A stretch of DNA of 63,266 nt, filler included, from Rhabdomonas costata (lineage: Eukaryota): NCBI GenBank assembly GCA_019059605.1. It is 32 parts of 32 records of this genome, joined end to end, with 100 filler letters (N's around TTAATTAATTAA, not from the genome) between each part and the next. Parts side by side here need not be neighbours in the genome. Positions count along the whole stretch, not along the records: positions 9,915 to 11,796 come from JAHMHO010007812.1; positions 11,897 to 13,778 come from JAHMHO010007813.1; positions 13,879 to 15,760 come from JAHMHO010007814.1; positions 15,861 to 17,739 come from JAHMHO010007815.1; positions 17,840 to 19,718 come from JAHMHO010007816.1; positions 19,819 to 21,699 come from JAHMHO010007817.1; positions 21,800 to 23,680 come from JAHMHO010007818.1; positions 23,781 to 25,661 come from JAHMHO010007819.1; 24 more parts are not named here. One strand, written 5' to 3'. Made by a program: the position numbers and the translations under genes. Below, in pieces: positions 11,142-24,195 of the stretch. The notes beneath the pieces were generated by a model, which ran no database searches, was not told the DNA's origin, and worked only from the letters and a program-made list of their open reading frames with translations. How positions within the stretch are numbered: position 1 is the first letter of the stretch; every line of letters begins with the position of its first letter.

Positions 11142-12474
11142 CTTTCATTTTTTCGCAGTGCTCGTATTCGTGTGCAGGCATCGTGTGCGCTATATCATCC
11201 GATGGTATGGCATAAGAACTGCAGAGAAGGTGTGTATTGGAGAAGCCAGGAAGCCATGCCTCGACGTAAGCCATAGGGACGGTCCTGCGTTCCCGATTTG
11301 AGCAAGATTGGCCAGGTATATATAGGTATAAAGAAGCCCTAACTTATAACCTATAAAAATTGGAATGGCAGTACGTTGTCTCGTGTACGGGCGGGTTGGA
11401 GCAACCTGAGCCCCCCCCCCAACGTGAGCAGCAAATGCCTCTCTTTCAGGGGCTGCAGTAATCTTTTTTTTGGGGGGGGGGTGGGTGTCAAATGTTAAAT
11501 ACGGCTTAACAGTCAAATTTATGGAAGACCCCTCTCTTCCGCCGCCTCATCCGTACATTCCGGCCGCGCAGCTGGCTTCCACCTCTCAACTAATGTTGTC
11601 CCATTCGATCCACAAAGTCCAAAACGTTTTAATGGAAACGGAAACCTTTAACCCCTCCCCAATACGATTGTCCCCCTTTCAAACGTGCTCTCCACATAGT
11701 CACACGTTGCAGGACCAACTTATCCGCGAAGGCAGTCTGTGCCCCACATCCACACACTAAGCTTTGGCTGAATCCAAGGCGAAGAACCACAAAACANNNN
11801 NNNNNNNNNNNNNNNNNNNNNNNNNNNNNNNNNNNNNNNNTTAATTAATTAANNNNNNNNNNNNNNNNNNNNNNNNNNNNNNNNNNNNNNNNNNNNTTTG
11901 TTGTTGGGCCCTACCTCACCGAGCTGGAGGGTAATGTTATGGGGGTGGATCCCGAGCGAGTTATGGGGGTATGCTCGGCGGTGCTCCCCTCGCCCAAACT
12001 TCAGGTACGCGGTGTTCCTCAAGCTCTAAGCTGGAATGCGCTCTCAACTCATGGGGCATTACCCTCCACCCGAGGCCAGCGGTTGTGCACCGGGGTGGCA
12101 TGTGCTCCGGGGCAGCACACTCCGGCGAATCTGAAAAGTCAGCAGACAACCAGACTGCCCGTCCTCACTCCGTATTTGTTACGTAGCACCACCCATTGCA
12201 TTCTAGGTAGGCAGGTGGCAGAGCAGAAAGACCAAAATTCGGTTGCTGGGCCTGAACGGTTCTTGCCCCAACTCTAGTCTGCACGACTGGCAGAACTCAT
12301 GACACTGTGTTTCTCAGCTTGGTCAGTTCCCGTCTCTCCTTCTTCACACGTGTTCCGTGTCTAAGGATTGTTTTTGTTCTTGAACGCAAGTTTCCAATTC
12401 ACACAAGTCAGACCTTGCCGTCACACTGGCAGTTATACATTCCTCCACCCCAAAACGAGTAAACGCCCGCATAG

Positions 12475-13360
12475 GTGCTGAAGCTGACTCTGTCGGAGCT
12501 CACTGAGGAACTGTTTTTGGGTTTGCTTCGCCTGGTGCGCTCCACGGCTGCGCTACAACAATTCTCCCTCTCTTGTATCACCCTGACCGCTGGGCAGGGG
12601 AGCCTCGCGGAGCTGTGCGAGGCCCTGGCCATGGCACCGCAGCTGCGGACGTTTTCTCTTGGGATCAAGCGCTCACCGTTCGGTTGGGCAAGCCCTGCCC
12701 CGTTGCTGCGATGCCGCGAGCCTAAAAGTGGACCTGCACTTTAATGGCAATTTTACATCACTGCAGCAGCTGTTTGAGCTGCTCTCCCTCCCCTTCCAGT
12801 GACCCGACTAGCCTTGCTATACTTTATAGGATGCAGTTTGACATTTCTATGGATTTCGGGTACGATTTGGGTCGGCTTGGGCGCGGCATCACTGTAACGT
12901 GGCGCTGAGAAAGCCTTCCATTAGTATTCAGCGTTGCAAAAGCTGTTGCCTTGACAAGCTTCACCTTTGGCACCGCAAACGGCCTTCCGGAGGATTCCTG
13001 TGGGCCCGAGTTGATTGAACCACTGACGCATGCCGCGACGCTACGGGAAGTCACCCTCGACCTTTCCTTCTGTGGGCTCTCCTCCGCGTGCGGTCTCGCT
13101 CGAGCGTTTGCCTTTCAGGCGCCCGCACTCACTGCACTTTCTCTGAACGTGAAGGGGAACCAGCTCGAGAACTGTGGAATCTCTGAGCTGTGCTGTGGAG
13201 TGGCTTCGGCGAAAAAGCTGCGAAGGCTGCACCTGGACCTGTCGCTGAACGAGCTGACTTGCGGATGTCTGCACCACCTGCGCCTGGCGCTGGAAGCCCC
13301 TGCTTTGACGTGGCTGGGGGTCTCACTCTGCCACAACCGCTATGGGGCCGTGTTTCGAGC
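12475..13360 (+). CDS. RNI-like leucine-rich repeat protein, partial and multi-exon
   Basis: LREVTLDLSFCGL, LTALSLNVKGNQLENCGISELC, LRRLHLDLSLNEL, LTWLGVSLCHN. Exon borders approximate. Confidence 0.8.
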
Positions 13361-14194
13361 TGGGGCTCTGAATCAGCAAAGTGGTGCTTCGGACGACTTT
13401 GTGGCGCACGTAAATTATTTGCAATTGCAGTACTATTCCCCATGTTTCTCTTTGATCGCAATGATTAGTGACTGTTCCAGCGGGCGGGGGGGGCCTTGAA
13501 CGACTTTTCAATCCATTGTCCAACCCAAAATTGTTACCACTGGTAACTGTTACCAGTTGTAACCGTTGCCTCCCCACCCGACTTCAATCGCGCCTGGAAA
13601 AACTCAAATATTTCAGCATTCAGTTCCAGTATTGATAATGAGATGCTGCCTTGCAGGAGTGTTTAACATCGGAATCCAAGTCCCACTCCCTGCAGGGTTC
13701 GGGACTTCTTCCCTGAAACCGAGTGGCTGCCTTGGTGAGGCGGGCGAGAGGGAGCTTTTGGCCATCCTTTCCCCCCCCNNNNNNNNNNNNNNNNNNNNNN
13801 NNNNNNNNNNNNNNNNNNNNNNTTAATTAATTAANNNNNNNNNNNNNNNNNNNNNNNNNNNNNNNNNNNNNNNNNNNNTGTGTTGGGTATAAGGTGCAGC
13901 TGTCTTTTGTGTATGAGAATCGTTTTCGCATGCGGTTCGAAACTTTGGATTGGATCGAACTGCAATAATAAAAAAGGGAAACTGCAGGCGTCCAGAGTCC
14001 TGTGAAAAATGTTGTTCGAGGAAAGAAAGAGGGAATAAACCTCGCCGAAATGTTTACATTTTCTCAAGCCTGTCCTGTCCCGTCCCCCCTTCCAATCGAA
14101 AAGTTCGCTCTGACATGTTTAAACTGTGGTTATCCATCGCTAAGCGTACTGGCTGTAAACAAACTGAAATGAAGCAGAACACTTGCGTGTCATT

Positions 14195-15758
14195 TTACGG
14201 GTCCACGAGGTCGAGGTGAGGAAAATTGGGAGAGCCCACGATTGTTTGCATTTCCACTGCTTCAAAAAGGTTGCCATGGATGCTCAGAGAAGTCAGCCTG
14301 GGAAAGCTAGCAGAATTCTTCAGCACTCGAATTCCGGGAACCCCGATCACGTTTTCAGAGACATCCAGGTAAGTGAGCCTGGAAAAGGACGAAGAGGTAG
14401 CGAGTGTTTGCAGCCCCTCATCCTCCAGCCGGTTGCCCCAAAGCTTCAATGAGATTAGCGTACAGAATTCGGAAAAGCCCACAAATTCTTGCATCCCCCG
14501 TGGTCCAATCTCATTGCTCGAAGCATCCAACCAAGTAAGGCTTAGGGGCCTTGCTGAACTTCTGAGCACCTGCATTCCTGCCGTCCCAATTCCATTGTGG
14601 GAGATGTCTAAATGGGTAAGTTTGGAAAATGCGCTCCACCCGACAAGCGCGATAAGGCCTTGAGTCCCAATCCGATTGCCCCACATTGTCAAAGAGGTGA
14701 GCTTGGGAAAGTTTGAAGATGCCGAAAGGGCTAGCGCTCCCTCAGGTGCCATGTGAACACAAGAGACATCGAGTGAAGTGAGTTGGGAAAAGTAAACGGA
14801 GGATGCGACCACGTGCATTCCAGAAGCCCCAATATCGTTCTCCGAAATGTCCAGGATGGTGAGGCTGGGAAGCACGGTTGAGCCCAAAAGAGACTGCGAG
14901 ATGTCACCGGCTTGGCAGCAGCAAAGGTTTAATGACTGGAGATTATCAAATTTTGCCCGCGCAAGGGCTTGTATTCCTAAGGGCCCCAGGTGAATACAGG
15001 ACGCGTCCAACGAGATGAGATTGGGAAAGTTCAAGGATTTCGCGAGGTGCTGCGTTACCCCCGGTCCGACCTCATTGAATCCAATATTCAAAGACAGCAG
15101 GTTCACTGCGAAGGTTGATGTTGCTAGGGCTCGCAATCCCAGATCATTGATTTTGTTTCCCTGCACATTCAAGGAGCTTAGCTTGGTGAAATTCGCAGAT
15201 GTGGCAAGAGATTGAAGACCCTCGTCTCCGACTCCGTTGCGGTGGACATCCAAGAACGTGAGGTTGGGAAAATTCCTCGACCCCGCCAGAACCCACAACC
15301 CCGTTGCCACCGAGTCTTAGGTACAACAGCCTGGCAAAGGTGGTGGAGGTCGCCAAGGCATTGATGCCCCCCGCTTGAATCCCGTTGGCGGTAAGATCTA
15401 GGCTCAGGACATTAGGACAGGATGGTGACGTGACCAAGGCAACAAGCCCGGTGTCACCTAGATTACATTGGCAAACTTTCAAGAAGGTAAGACTGGAAAA
15501 GCGACAGTGTGCAGTGCTCTCTGTAGTGCTAGACACAAGTAGAAGCTTAGCAGTGCCTGGGTCTCCGATCGAGACTGCCGTGAGCAGGCGCAACAGCCGT
15601 TCAGGAACACGTAGTGCTTCTTGTATCCCTGTCGAGACGGGAATCCGGAGGTTCAGCTTCCAACCTGGTGCAACATGGCCGTCAACAACGGCTCGAAACC
15701 GGTCGCACACCAAACGAAGCATCAGTTGGCGCTGCACCTTATGAAGCCAAAAAATGCA
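14195..15758 (-). pseudogene. Intronless F-box-like + RNI-type LRR protein (about 27-aa repeats) with an internal frameshift
   Basis: N-terminal LMLRLVCDRFRAVVD (F-box-like), then repeats of type FPNLTFLDVHRNGVGDEGLQSLATS. ORFs 15144..15737 and 14195..15310 switch frame at GGGG 15299-15302. Ends in TAA at 14195. Confidence 0.85.
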
Positions 15759-17078
15759 TGNNNNNNNNNNNNNNNNNNNNNNNNNNNNNNNNNNNNNNNN
15801 NNNNTTAATTAATTAANNNNNNNNNNNNNNNNNNNNNNNNNNNNNNNNNNNNNNNNNNNNGTGGTGAAAACATAGCCTGGAAACAAGGTGGGGCTTTGAG
15901 ACTCTGAGAACGTTGTGTATTGCTTTTGCCACGATTTCTGCTGATTGAGAAAAAGAAAAGTAAAACAAAACCTCACACAGATTAAAATTGCAAATTGGTA
16001 ACCGCAATTTGTTTAACTAATTTAAATAGAACGTGATCAGCGAAAGTGCACTTTTGATGGCTCTTCGTTCCTTTTAAGGTGTAAAAGGAACAAAGAGCCA
16101 AAGAAAGAACGTGAAACGTGGATCCTCCATCTTGTAGTGAGCATCAAAACTCCAAAAGCAATACACAACGTTCTCAGAGTCTCAAAGCCCCACCTTGTTT
16201 CCAGGCTATGTTTTCACCATCCAATTTATATAGATCACAGTGCAAAGACAACGTAGTGCCTTTTTTCAAAAAAAAACTCATTCACATCCCGGCAAGCAAA
16301 AATGCTGTGAAAGACACTCTTGGATGTTTTTTGAATCTTTACTTAACATTCACGAATACGCATCACTAATTTACATCAATAAATGAAATCTATTTTGCAT
16401 CAGAATTAAGCGTCCAACTTCAAACTTCTCTTTGAAACTTCCAAATCAGGATTCTTGCAGCAGTGTGGCAGTGTGGAGAGTTGTTTTAGTTTCAGTAGGT
16501 TGAATGGAATGAGGGAGTCATGCTGAAATTGAGTTGCATACAATGCAAGCGTACTACAAAATACAGAATTTCCCAGCATATTCTCAGAAACTTCTTCGCT
16601 TATTCGATACCAGTTTGGTGAGGTCAATTTCCCTGAATAAATTCTTCTAATTTCAAGCACAGTTCCAGATCACATGCAGAATTGATGACTCAAGTAGTTT
16701 GTTTGTGGGTGTGTGTCGCTAAACAAAAACACATCCTTTCTTTGTTTGTAAACTCAGAGGATCACGTTTTTGTTAAAAACTAATGAACGTGTGCTATAAT
16801 CGGACAGAACAATGCAACAACAATATTTTTTACGAAAAGACAGCGCGAAAAGTCAAACTCAAGCTGCCACACTACACACAAGAAATATGTGAAAAGAGGA
16901 TTTAACGACTCAAAAGCAGCGCGGCAATAACACAGCTCAACCGCAGTTTTAATACATCACTTTTCACTTTTAACCTGCCACTTTCTCTTAATTCCGTACC
17001 TTGTTTAAAGAATACGTCGAGCTTAGATATTAGTCCTTCCGAGGTTTGAATTTGTTGATGTCAGTGATTTGGTAAACG

Positions 17079-17208
17079 TTGTCCTGTTTTGAATTTTGTC
17101 CTTTTTAAACTTTGTTCCTTTTCCTTTTGAATTCTTTCCTTTTTTGAAGTTTTGTCCTTTTTAATTTAGTTCTTTTCCCTTTTGTCATTTTTTTGAATTT
17201 TGTCCTTT
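17079..17208. repeat. Degenerate tandem array of an about 17-20 nt TTTTGTCCTTTTTGAA-like unit in an AT-rich contig
   Basis: Repeated ttttgtcctttt / ttttgaatt motifs; two further copies near 17378-17402. Confidence 0.7.
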
Positions 17209-17852
17209 AATTTTGCATGTAATTTTTCAAAACCTAAAACGTTTTAAAACTTTTTGCATTTTTCATTGATTGGCATATTTGCCATCGTTTGGGAAAAAAA
17301 ACTGGCGATTTGGGAAGCAGGGTTCCACCAGAGAAGATCGCAACTGGGGGTATTATTTTGAAAAAGTTCCTGATTTATGTCCTTTTTTGAAAATTGTCCT
17401 TTATTGGGTTTGGTTTTTGCAGGTCGTCTGGGTAACCGGACGTTTTGTAGTCGGCCGTAGCCCCCACCCGCAGACTCTATGTCGCCGCACCGGAAAAGGG
17501 ACGTGGGCAACAATTCATTCGTTTAAGATTTTGGGCCAAATTCGGTTGTTCTGAGGGTGTGTGGGTTTTGATATATAAAAAACGATTTCCAACTAACTAC
17601 TAACTAACCAACTAACTAACTACTGCGGCCGCAAAGTTCAAAATAAGTTGGCGTGGTCATGATAACATAATATCCGCGGTTGAAAAGCGGTACAAAAGTA
17701 AACAAAAAACAGGAAAAAAGGCACAAAAGCCCAAAAAACNNNNNNNNNNNNNNNNNNNNNNNNNNNNNNNNNNNNNNNNNNNNTTAATTAATTAANNNNN
17801 NNNNNNNNNNNNNNNNNNNNNNNNNNNNNNNNNNNNNNNGGTGGGGGTGTGA

Positions 17853-18058
17853 CTAACCGACCACGGCCGCTTCGAACGCAAAGGAAAGTATGCTGGCCAA
17901 AAACGCAAGAGGGCCCATCTCAAGGGAATCCGTATGACCGAGCCCACCCGAAGAAATGGGAATGCAGGCAAGGGACCATCTGAGAAAGGGGCACCCAGAC
18001 ATTGGCACAACGCTTCGCGCACAAACCCAGAGCACGCTCGGAGGGTGGGCTCAAGCAA
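17853..18058 (-). mobile_element. CRE/SLACS-like non-LTR retrotransposon remnant (region C-terminal to RT)
   Basis: Two overlapping frames give VREALCQCLGAPFSD and WSLACIPISSGGLGHTDSLEMGPLAFLASIL, fitting the R.L..I.G..LSD..W.QA.LP...GGLG......AFLAS motif of CRE-clade elements. Confidence 0.6.
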
Positions 18059-20075
18059 GGCAAAGGGAATGGTGTGAGCAGCGTATGAGAGTTTGCAAGC
18101 GCCTAGGCAGGAGCGGAGTAGGGTCAGAGCTGTCTGTCACGAAATGCCGAGCCAACTCCACTGCCGAGAGTGTTTCGACACTCCCGCTACTTCGATTTGT
18201 GCCCACCGAGCAGAGTTTTTTCACGTCCTCCCCTTCTGTGTGTCATTCTCACTTCAACGCGAGGGGCTTTGTTGGGATCCGGCGGTCAGGTTGGTGACTG
18301 GCAGGAGCAGCAGCTCCTGCGACAGAGAGAGATCATCTCCACACTTCAAGGCAAGCTTCGTGATGTCACGCTGAAGCTCCAGAACTCCTCTCCGGAACTG
18401 CCCAAGCACCTGATGTTCTCCCATGGTCACCTTCCGTCGCTTCGTTTTGTGCCTTTTTTTAGCGACGCATTTCGAAGCGTCACTTTACAGGAAGCACAAA
18501 GACAATCGCTGGTTTTAGCTTTCTTTTTTCGTGCCCTTTTTTTTTTTTTGTTTAGACAACTTCATAAACTGCATCAACCTGGTATCGGGGTAGGTAGTTT
18601 CGGGAGTTCGCAATTCCGGCTTTCGTTTTGTACCATTACACTTAACTCACTGAATGGGCTTACAGGACTTCTGTTTTGGTCTTCAGAAGCCTTTCAAATG
18701 GTGTCTCATTTGCAATGAAGCTGTGCAGAAAGTGATTTGCATCGTTACGGTGCAGATTTCGCAAACCTGCTTTTCTTCCTTTTGGTCCTTTTCATGTTGC
18801 TCTCTTTGCCTTTCGTCAAAAGGTGCATCATCCTCAACACTGCTTGGAGATGACCTTCAGGTTTTGTCTGTGCCGCGCCTTTTTCTTACTTCCTTTTTTT
18901 TTTTCGCATTTTTACAGGCTCTCGCTGCGGCACTGATGCCGTGCATTTTCTTCTTTATCCTTTTTTGTACTCAATTTTTATTCTGGCTGCTTCACCTTCG
19001 GTGGCAAGGAAGGATACGTTCCAGGGGAGCTGAATGATCTGTGAAGTTCAGTTGAACACACCTAAACGCCCACGTTGAAGCAGGTTGTGTTGTTCCAACG
19101 AAACGCAGGGTCATTGCATCATGGGCAGGGCAGAGGCCTGGGCTCCAAGGCTTCGGTTCAAGAGAAATCCTTTGGCGGGGAGTGGGTGGAGTCGGGGTGT
19201 CCGACTGGAATATTTTTGCGCTTTTTTTTTTTTTTGCCATTTTTCAGTCCTCAAAATGTGGTTGCACTTTGTCAGTTACTTTGCATTTTTTCTTTGCGTT
19301 TTCCACATTTTTCCGGGGCAACCTTTCACGGGAGAACCTTGCGCCCCAACGGGGTCTGAACTGCTCACGCCACTTTAAGTTGACTTGCACTTTTTTGCCA
19401 CTGGGTCGGTGCTTGCATCTTCAGCCCCTCCCTGACTCCTTTGGGGTTTTTTTGTGCTTGCAGGGCAGTTCCCCTTCCCTCAGCCGCCACCTTGTGGAGC
19501 CGGCCGAGAATCCTCTCTCGGGGACCCCCTCCTGCCCAGAGGGCGAATCCTGCCGATAGGGGCCCTGAGAAAGAGATGGCTGCTTCTTCCCCTCTTTCGC
19601 TTTCTGCTCATGTATGCATTTGGGTTGCGCACTGCACTACCGCGGAGTCTCTGGAGACGTTGCCTGCTTACCTTCCGGTGAACATGGGCACGAGAGACTG
19701 CTGCTCCTCCACCCACAANNNNNNNNNNNNNNNNNNNNNNNNNNNNNNNNNNNNNNNNNNNNTTAATTAATTAANNNNNNNNNNNNNNNNNNNNNNNNNN
19801 NNNNNNNNNNNNNNNNNNGGGGTTTGGGGACCTTCTTCCCCGCAAGGGTTGGTTTGTTGGGGGTTTAGGCTCACAGCAATACTGAACCGAGTTCCCTACT
19901 ATTGCACATGTCTGTCTTTTTGCATGTTTAAGCGTTGGGGATGAATTATTTTAGGTTTTCGGGATGGTATACATATTGGGGCTTCCACGTTCATGTTTTT
20001 GGATTCATTATGATGTACTTTTTAAATTGGGTTGAGGTTGGGGTGTCTGAGGGGAGTGGCGGGCTTCTTTTCCAG

Positions 20076-21348
20076 CTGCGTGGTGTGCGAGGCCTGTGTG
20101 TCCAACGTCGGCTGCTCGAGCAGCGGGGTGATTCCTGGCTGTGGCCATGTGTACTGCGGCTCCTGCCTGGACTCCCTCTTGAGAGACGGGCGATTTCCCC
20201 CTCTGCTCTGCTGCCAGGACGGCCTGATGCCCTTTCCGGAGGACTCCGCGCCATACTTGGGACCCTCGCCAACCTTTACCAAAGACAAGCTGTCGCAGCA
20301 ATTGGTTAGAATTTGAGTTATTTGTAAGTATTATTCACGACAACGTGAGAAAATAAGAAAAGCGGACCTCTGGTTGGCATCGGGCACCTCTGGGCATGGA
20401 ATGTCTGACGCATACCTTTCCTCTGTCTCTTTCGCCTCTTTCAAGGAAAAGGTGCATGTACCCAGTGCGTTTCGTGTTTTACAATCTTATGTCGGGGGGG
20501 GGGGGCAGCGAAAATCTGAGTTTGCAGTTTGGCATTTGCAAGATGCTTGCAAATTTTGTTCTGTAATTTGCGGTTTTATTCCAGCTCCTGAGCTCTCACT
20601 CATTCAACGCATTCCCTATTTCGGATGCGATCACCCCTGCCATCCACTTCGCTGATGAAATGAAAGGTTCTTTGTGTAGTAAGATGACACCATCGGGATG
20701 CCATCGGTAAAATGTTGTCATCGGGATTCTTTTTTTCACATGCTCTTTCGCCCTTACAGGTTGTGGTGGACAACTCTGCGCCCCACTTGCCTCCGGCCCC
20801 TGCGGAAGATGATGATCCTATCTCCACTTCCTTGTATTTTACGACCTTGGCACCGCACAAAGGCACCAAGGCTATTGAAGGGACTGGAGAAGCAATGGGC
20901 GAGAGTAGGCATGGAGGAGTGCACAAGGTCTACCGCCATGGCGATCGAAAAAGCTCAAGTCCCACTGCATCGGTGTGCTCTCAATGTGATTTGAGGATGC
21001 GCACCAAGCTTTGCCAGTTTATTGCGGTGTGCTGGCGCATTACAGAATCATGTATCATGCACTGCTCTGCAGCAATCTGTATCTTTGTGGCAGTTCTTTT
21101 GCTGCATCTCTCTGCATCGTTTTCTCATGGTTTTGTATTTCAGGGCTGCAGTCATCGTGAGGCTTATCTGAAATACATCAAGGTACACGGGAGTGACGCT
21201 CGTTTGGTAATTTTTGCGGGAGAAATTAAGGACCTCACTTCCACTATTTTACCCGGTTTTGCTGTGCTGTTTACAGAAGTGCAGCAAAAGGAGCGAGCCG
21301 CCCAAGTCTTGCGCCGACGCTGTTCCAGCCCTCGCCTCCATTGATAAG
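20076..21348 (+). CDS. RING-finger protein; exons 20076-20304, 20760-20927, 21144-21182, 21277-21348
   Basis: CVVC...GCGHVYCGSC...LLCCQDG is a RING-HC-like pattern. Three phase-0 GT-AG introns give an open frame. Confidence 0.7.
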
Positions 21349-22529
21349 GTACCTAAATTCGCTGCAGTGAGGCTTAACTGATATGTTGATAAAATGCTGT
21401 TTGATGACTTACAGGACAAATCACAGCTGTGTAACGTGTAACCGTTGTGTGGAATTTGGAATGTGAAATGTAGAATAAATGGCTATCCGGTGAGATCAGG
21501 TGCTGAATTTTCAATGAGGACACAACAGATCTTTCGTTTGTTCCTTGTTTGGGTCCAGGACGTATTGTTGCTACTCTGGGCCTTTTATGACCCACCTCAG
21601 GACGCGATTTCATTATTCATCTTAGTGTGGTCTACGGTGGCAACCATGTTGTCTGTTGCATTTTAAATGCAACAGACAACATGGTTGCCAACACACAACN
21701 NNNNNNNNNNNNNNNNNNNNNNNNNNNNNNNNNNNNNNNNNNNTTAATTAATTAANNNNNNNNNNNNNNNNNNNNNNNNNNNNNNNNNNNNNNNNNNNNG
21801 TGTTGTGGGGAGAAAACGAAGAAGACATACGCTGAGGCGCCAGAAACCAACCCGCGCCGGCAGAATTCCGTGGTTGGATCTCGGGCCGCAACTTCTCACG
21901 CGGCCGCTTCGCAACGGGACTGGGACTTACCACGGGAGCCCTGCTCGGGCCGCCTTTCCGAACCACCTTTGTGCAAAGGGCGAATGATTGAAGAGAGCAA
22001 AAAAAAACGGAAACATCTTTCACACCCCTCTTTCTCGTGAAAAACAAGCAAAATCCTCGTCCAGAGACACTACATATCAAAATAGTTGGCCGCAGTTTTC
22101 AAAATAATTGGGCACTCGATTCATTGCACGCAATGCAGCTTTGAACCAGCAAACAAAAAGGTTTAGAAAAGAAAGCGCCCTGGTCATGATCTCATTATCT
22201 GAAGGAAGGAAGGCCTCGCTCGGACTCCCCACAAAAGGTGAAGGAGCCGCAATATCTGCAATGCGACGGTATGCACAAATGGGATACCATCAGTTTACAA
22301 CAGCGGGCTATACTTCCAGCCAGACCTGGAGAGAAAACAGCTCGGCACTGTGGAAAATTCAACCCGCAAGCTTTGGCCACTGAGCATATAAACAACACCG
22401 CATCAGGTAACCCACGCCGGGACACCGGACTCGAACTCGGGTTGTAGGGGGCCTCGGCGGTGTGGATGGACTTCGGAGCTGGCTCCTGGATTTCCTGGAA
22501 ACAGTCGCCACATGCAAACAAACAGGCAC

Positions 22530-22591
22530 ATCCGAACATCCGCTTCTGGCAATGGCACAAATCCGAACATCCGCTTCTGGCAATGGCACAA
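22530..22591. repeat. Perfect 31-bp tandem duplication
   Basis: ATCCGAACATCCGCTTCTGGCAATGGCACAA x2. Confidence 0.95.
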
Positions 22592-24195
22592 AACGCGCCC
22601 ACGTGAGTGCATGTCCAAGGTATGCCTGCCTCCGGGTGTGTCTGAGGGGCTTCTGATTACGACAGAGCACAAAGAAAAACGACAAGGAACCGAACATTAG
22701 CAAGGGCATACCCTTTCCACCACAAAGCCCAGGCCGAGGATGAGACAGAAGAACAGCCCAAGGACCAAGTTTCCCGCCCTCATCGGCCACGCACGGCAAG
22801 CACAGCATCCGTGCGCCCAGCAAGAGCAGCGAGCAAAGGGCGCTGACAAGAGCAAATGAGATTCTACTGACCCTCCCCCTCCCCCAAATCAAGTCAAACT
22901 CTGTGGGCATTCCACCAACTCAATAGCAGTCGTGCCGCCTCAGAACTCTTTATGCCTCCGCGATTTGTGGGCTCGCTTGTGACAACAATAAACTATGCTG
23001 AAGGCCCACGCTGAAGCAGGCCTGCGGTCTTTTGTACAGAAAGCCTTTCGAAACGCTTGCGTGGCCGGACTTTAGGGTCGAATTTTTTCTGACCTTTCAC
23101 CCTCAGTGGTGGTACCACTTTGGCTGCTCTTTCGTATCCCGCGGCTTCTTAACACACGCTGGTTAGTAGAGTTGCATGAAAAAGGAAGGCTCAGAAGTAA
23201 TGTGGGGAAGCAACCTCGCAAAATTTACTGTGGCGCAGTGGCGCACGAAACCTGAAGAGTTCCTTTCCCCACCTTGCGCTGCACACCACGTCAGACAAGA
23301 GGGAAGCAACGGAAGCACAGCGTGAAAGTACACTGCCGTAAGCACTGCAGTCCACAAAAAAACACCTGCACACGACAGACCTTCTCCTGCTGAAGAAGGC
23401 ATTTTACAAGAAAGAAAACAGTAATGGGACGAGGCGAAGCGAGGGGTAGCATGCCGGGAACGAACACAACGAGGTGCGCGGCAACCGCAACCCTATGGCG
23501 CCCCAACGATTTTCTACTTCTCAGCAGAAAGAGAAAGAAGCATTGGAACACTTCCCATTGGGGCACTTCCTCTCCAGAAAGGGAAGGATCCTAGCACAGC
23601 AGGGAACACGAAGGCAAGCGAGAACACTTTCACGCAAAGCTACGCAACCCACCCCCAAAGGCAACAACAGAAAACACCCCNNNNNNNNNNNNNNNNNNNN
23701 NNNNNNNNNNNNNNNNNNNNNNNNTTAATTAATTAANNNNNNNNNNNNNNNNNNNNNNNNNNNNNNNNNNNNNNNNNNNNGGTTGTGTGTTTCTGTTTAG
23801 TGTGCTTGACGGGCTGGACAAAAAATTTTGCGATATGAATTTTTTTGATTCACACCAATAATTTACTCAAATGATGCGCATGTCCTGTATCGCGGTACTT
23901 GTACGATAGCAAAGATTCTACAAATGATATAGTCAGGGCCGCTCCAATTTTTTTTTTACTTTCGGAAAACAAGGAAAAAAAACGTATCGGGGAGGGGGCA
24001 TGAAAAAATGAGCAGCCCCTGCATGTTGCGCGTCGCAAAATGGAGCACTCATCATAAGGTGCAGTGGGTGGATATTGGAGGAGAAGTGGTGGTAAGGTGA
24101 GTTATGTTGATGCAATGAGGGCAAAGGGTACCGAATTACAATGGTTCAACAGCACAGCTCGAGGTATTGTGCACATTACTTCCCGGGTGCTTGGC

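Noticed and set aside
15862-16219. About 67-bp inverted repeat resembling a MITE
   Set aside because: One arm starts at the contig edge and no TSD can be seen; same pattern as the other fold-backs.
17460-17513. SLFRCGDIESAGG resembling a 2A/StopGo peptide
   Set aside because: Lacks the essential NPGP and no LINE ORF follows.
21638-21690. Perfect 26-bp-arm hairpin (similar ones at about 27751-27844, 33478-33579 and 33689-33764)
   Set aside because: All abut contig ends next to the primer-like tails, so they are more simply amplification or assembly fold-backs than pre-miRNAs or terminators.
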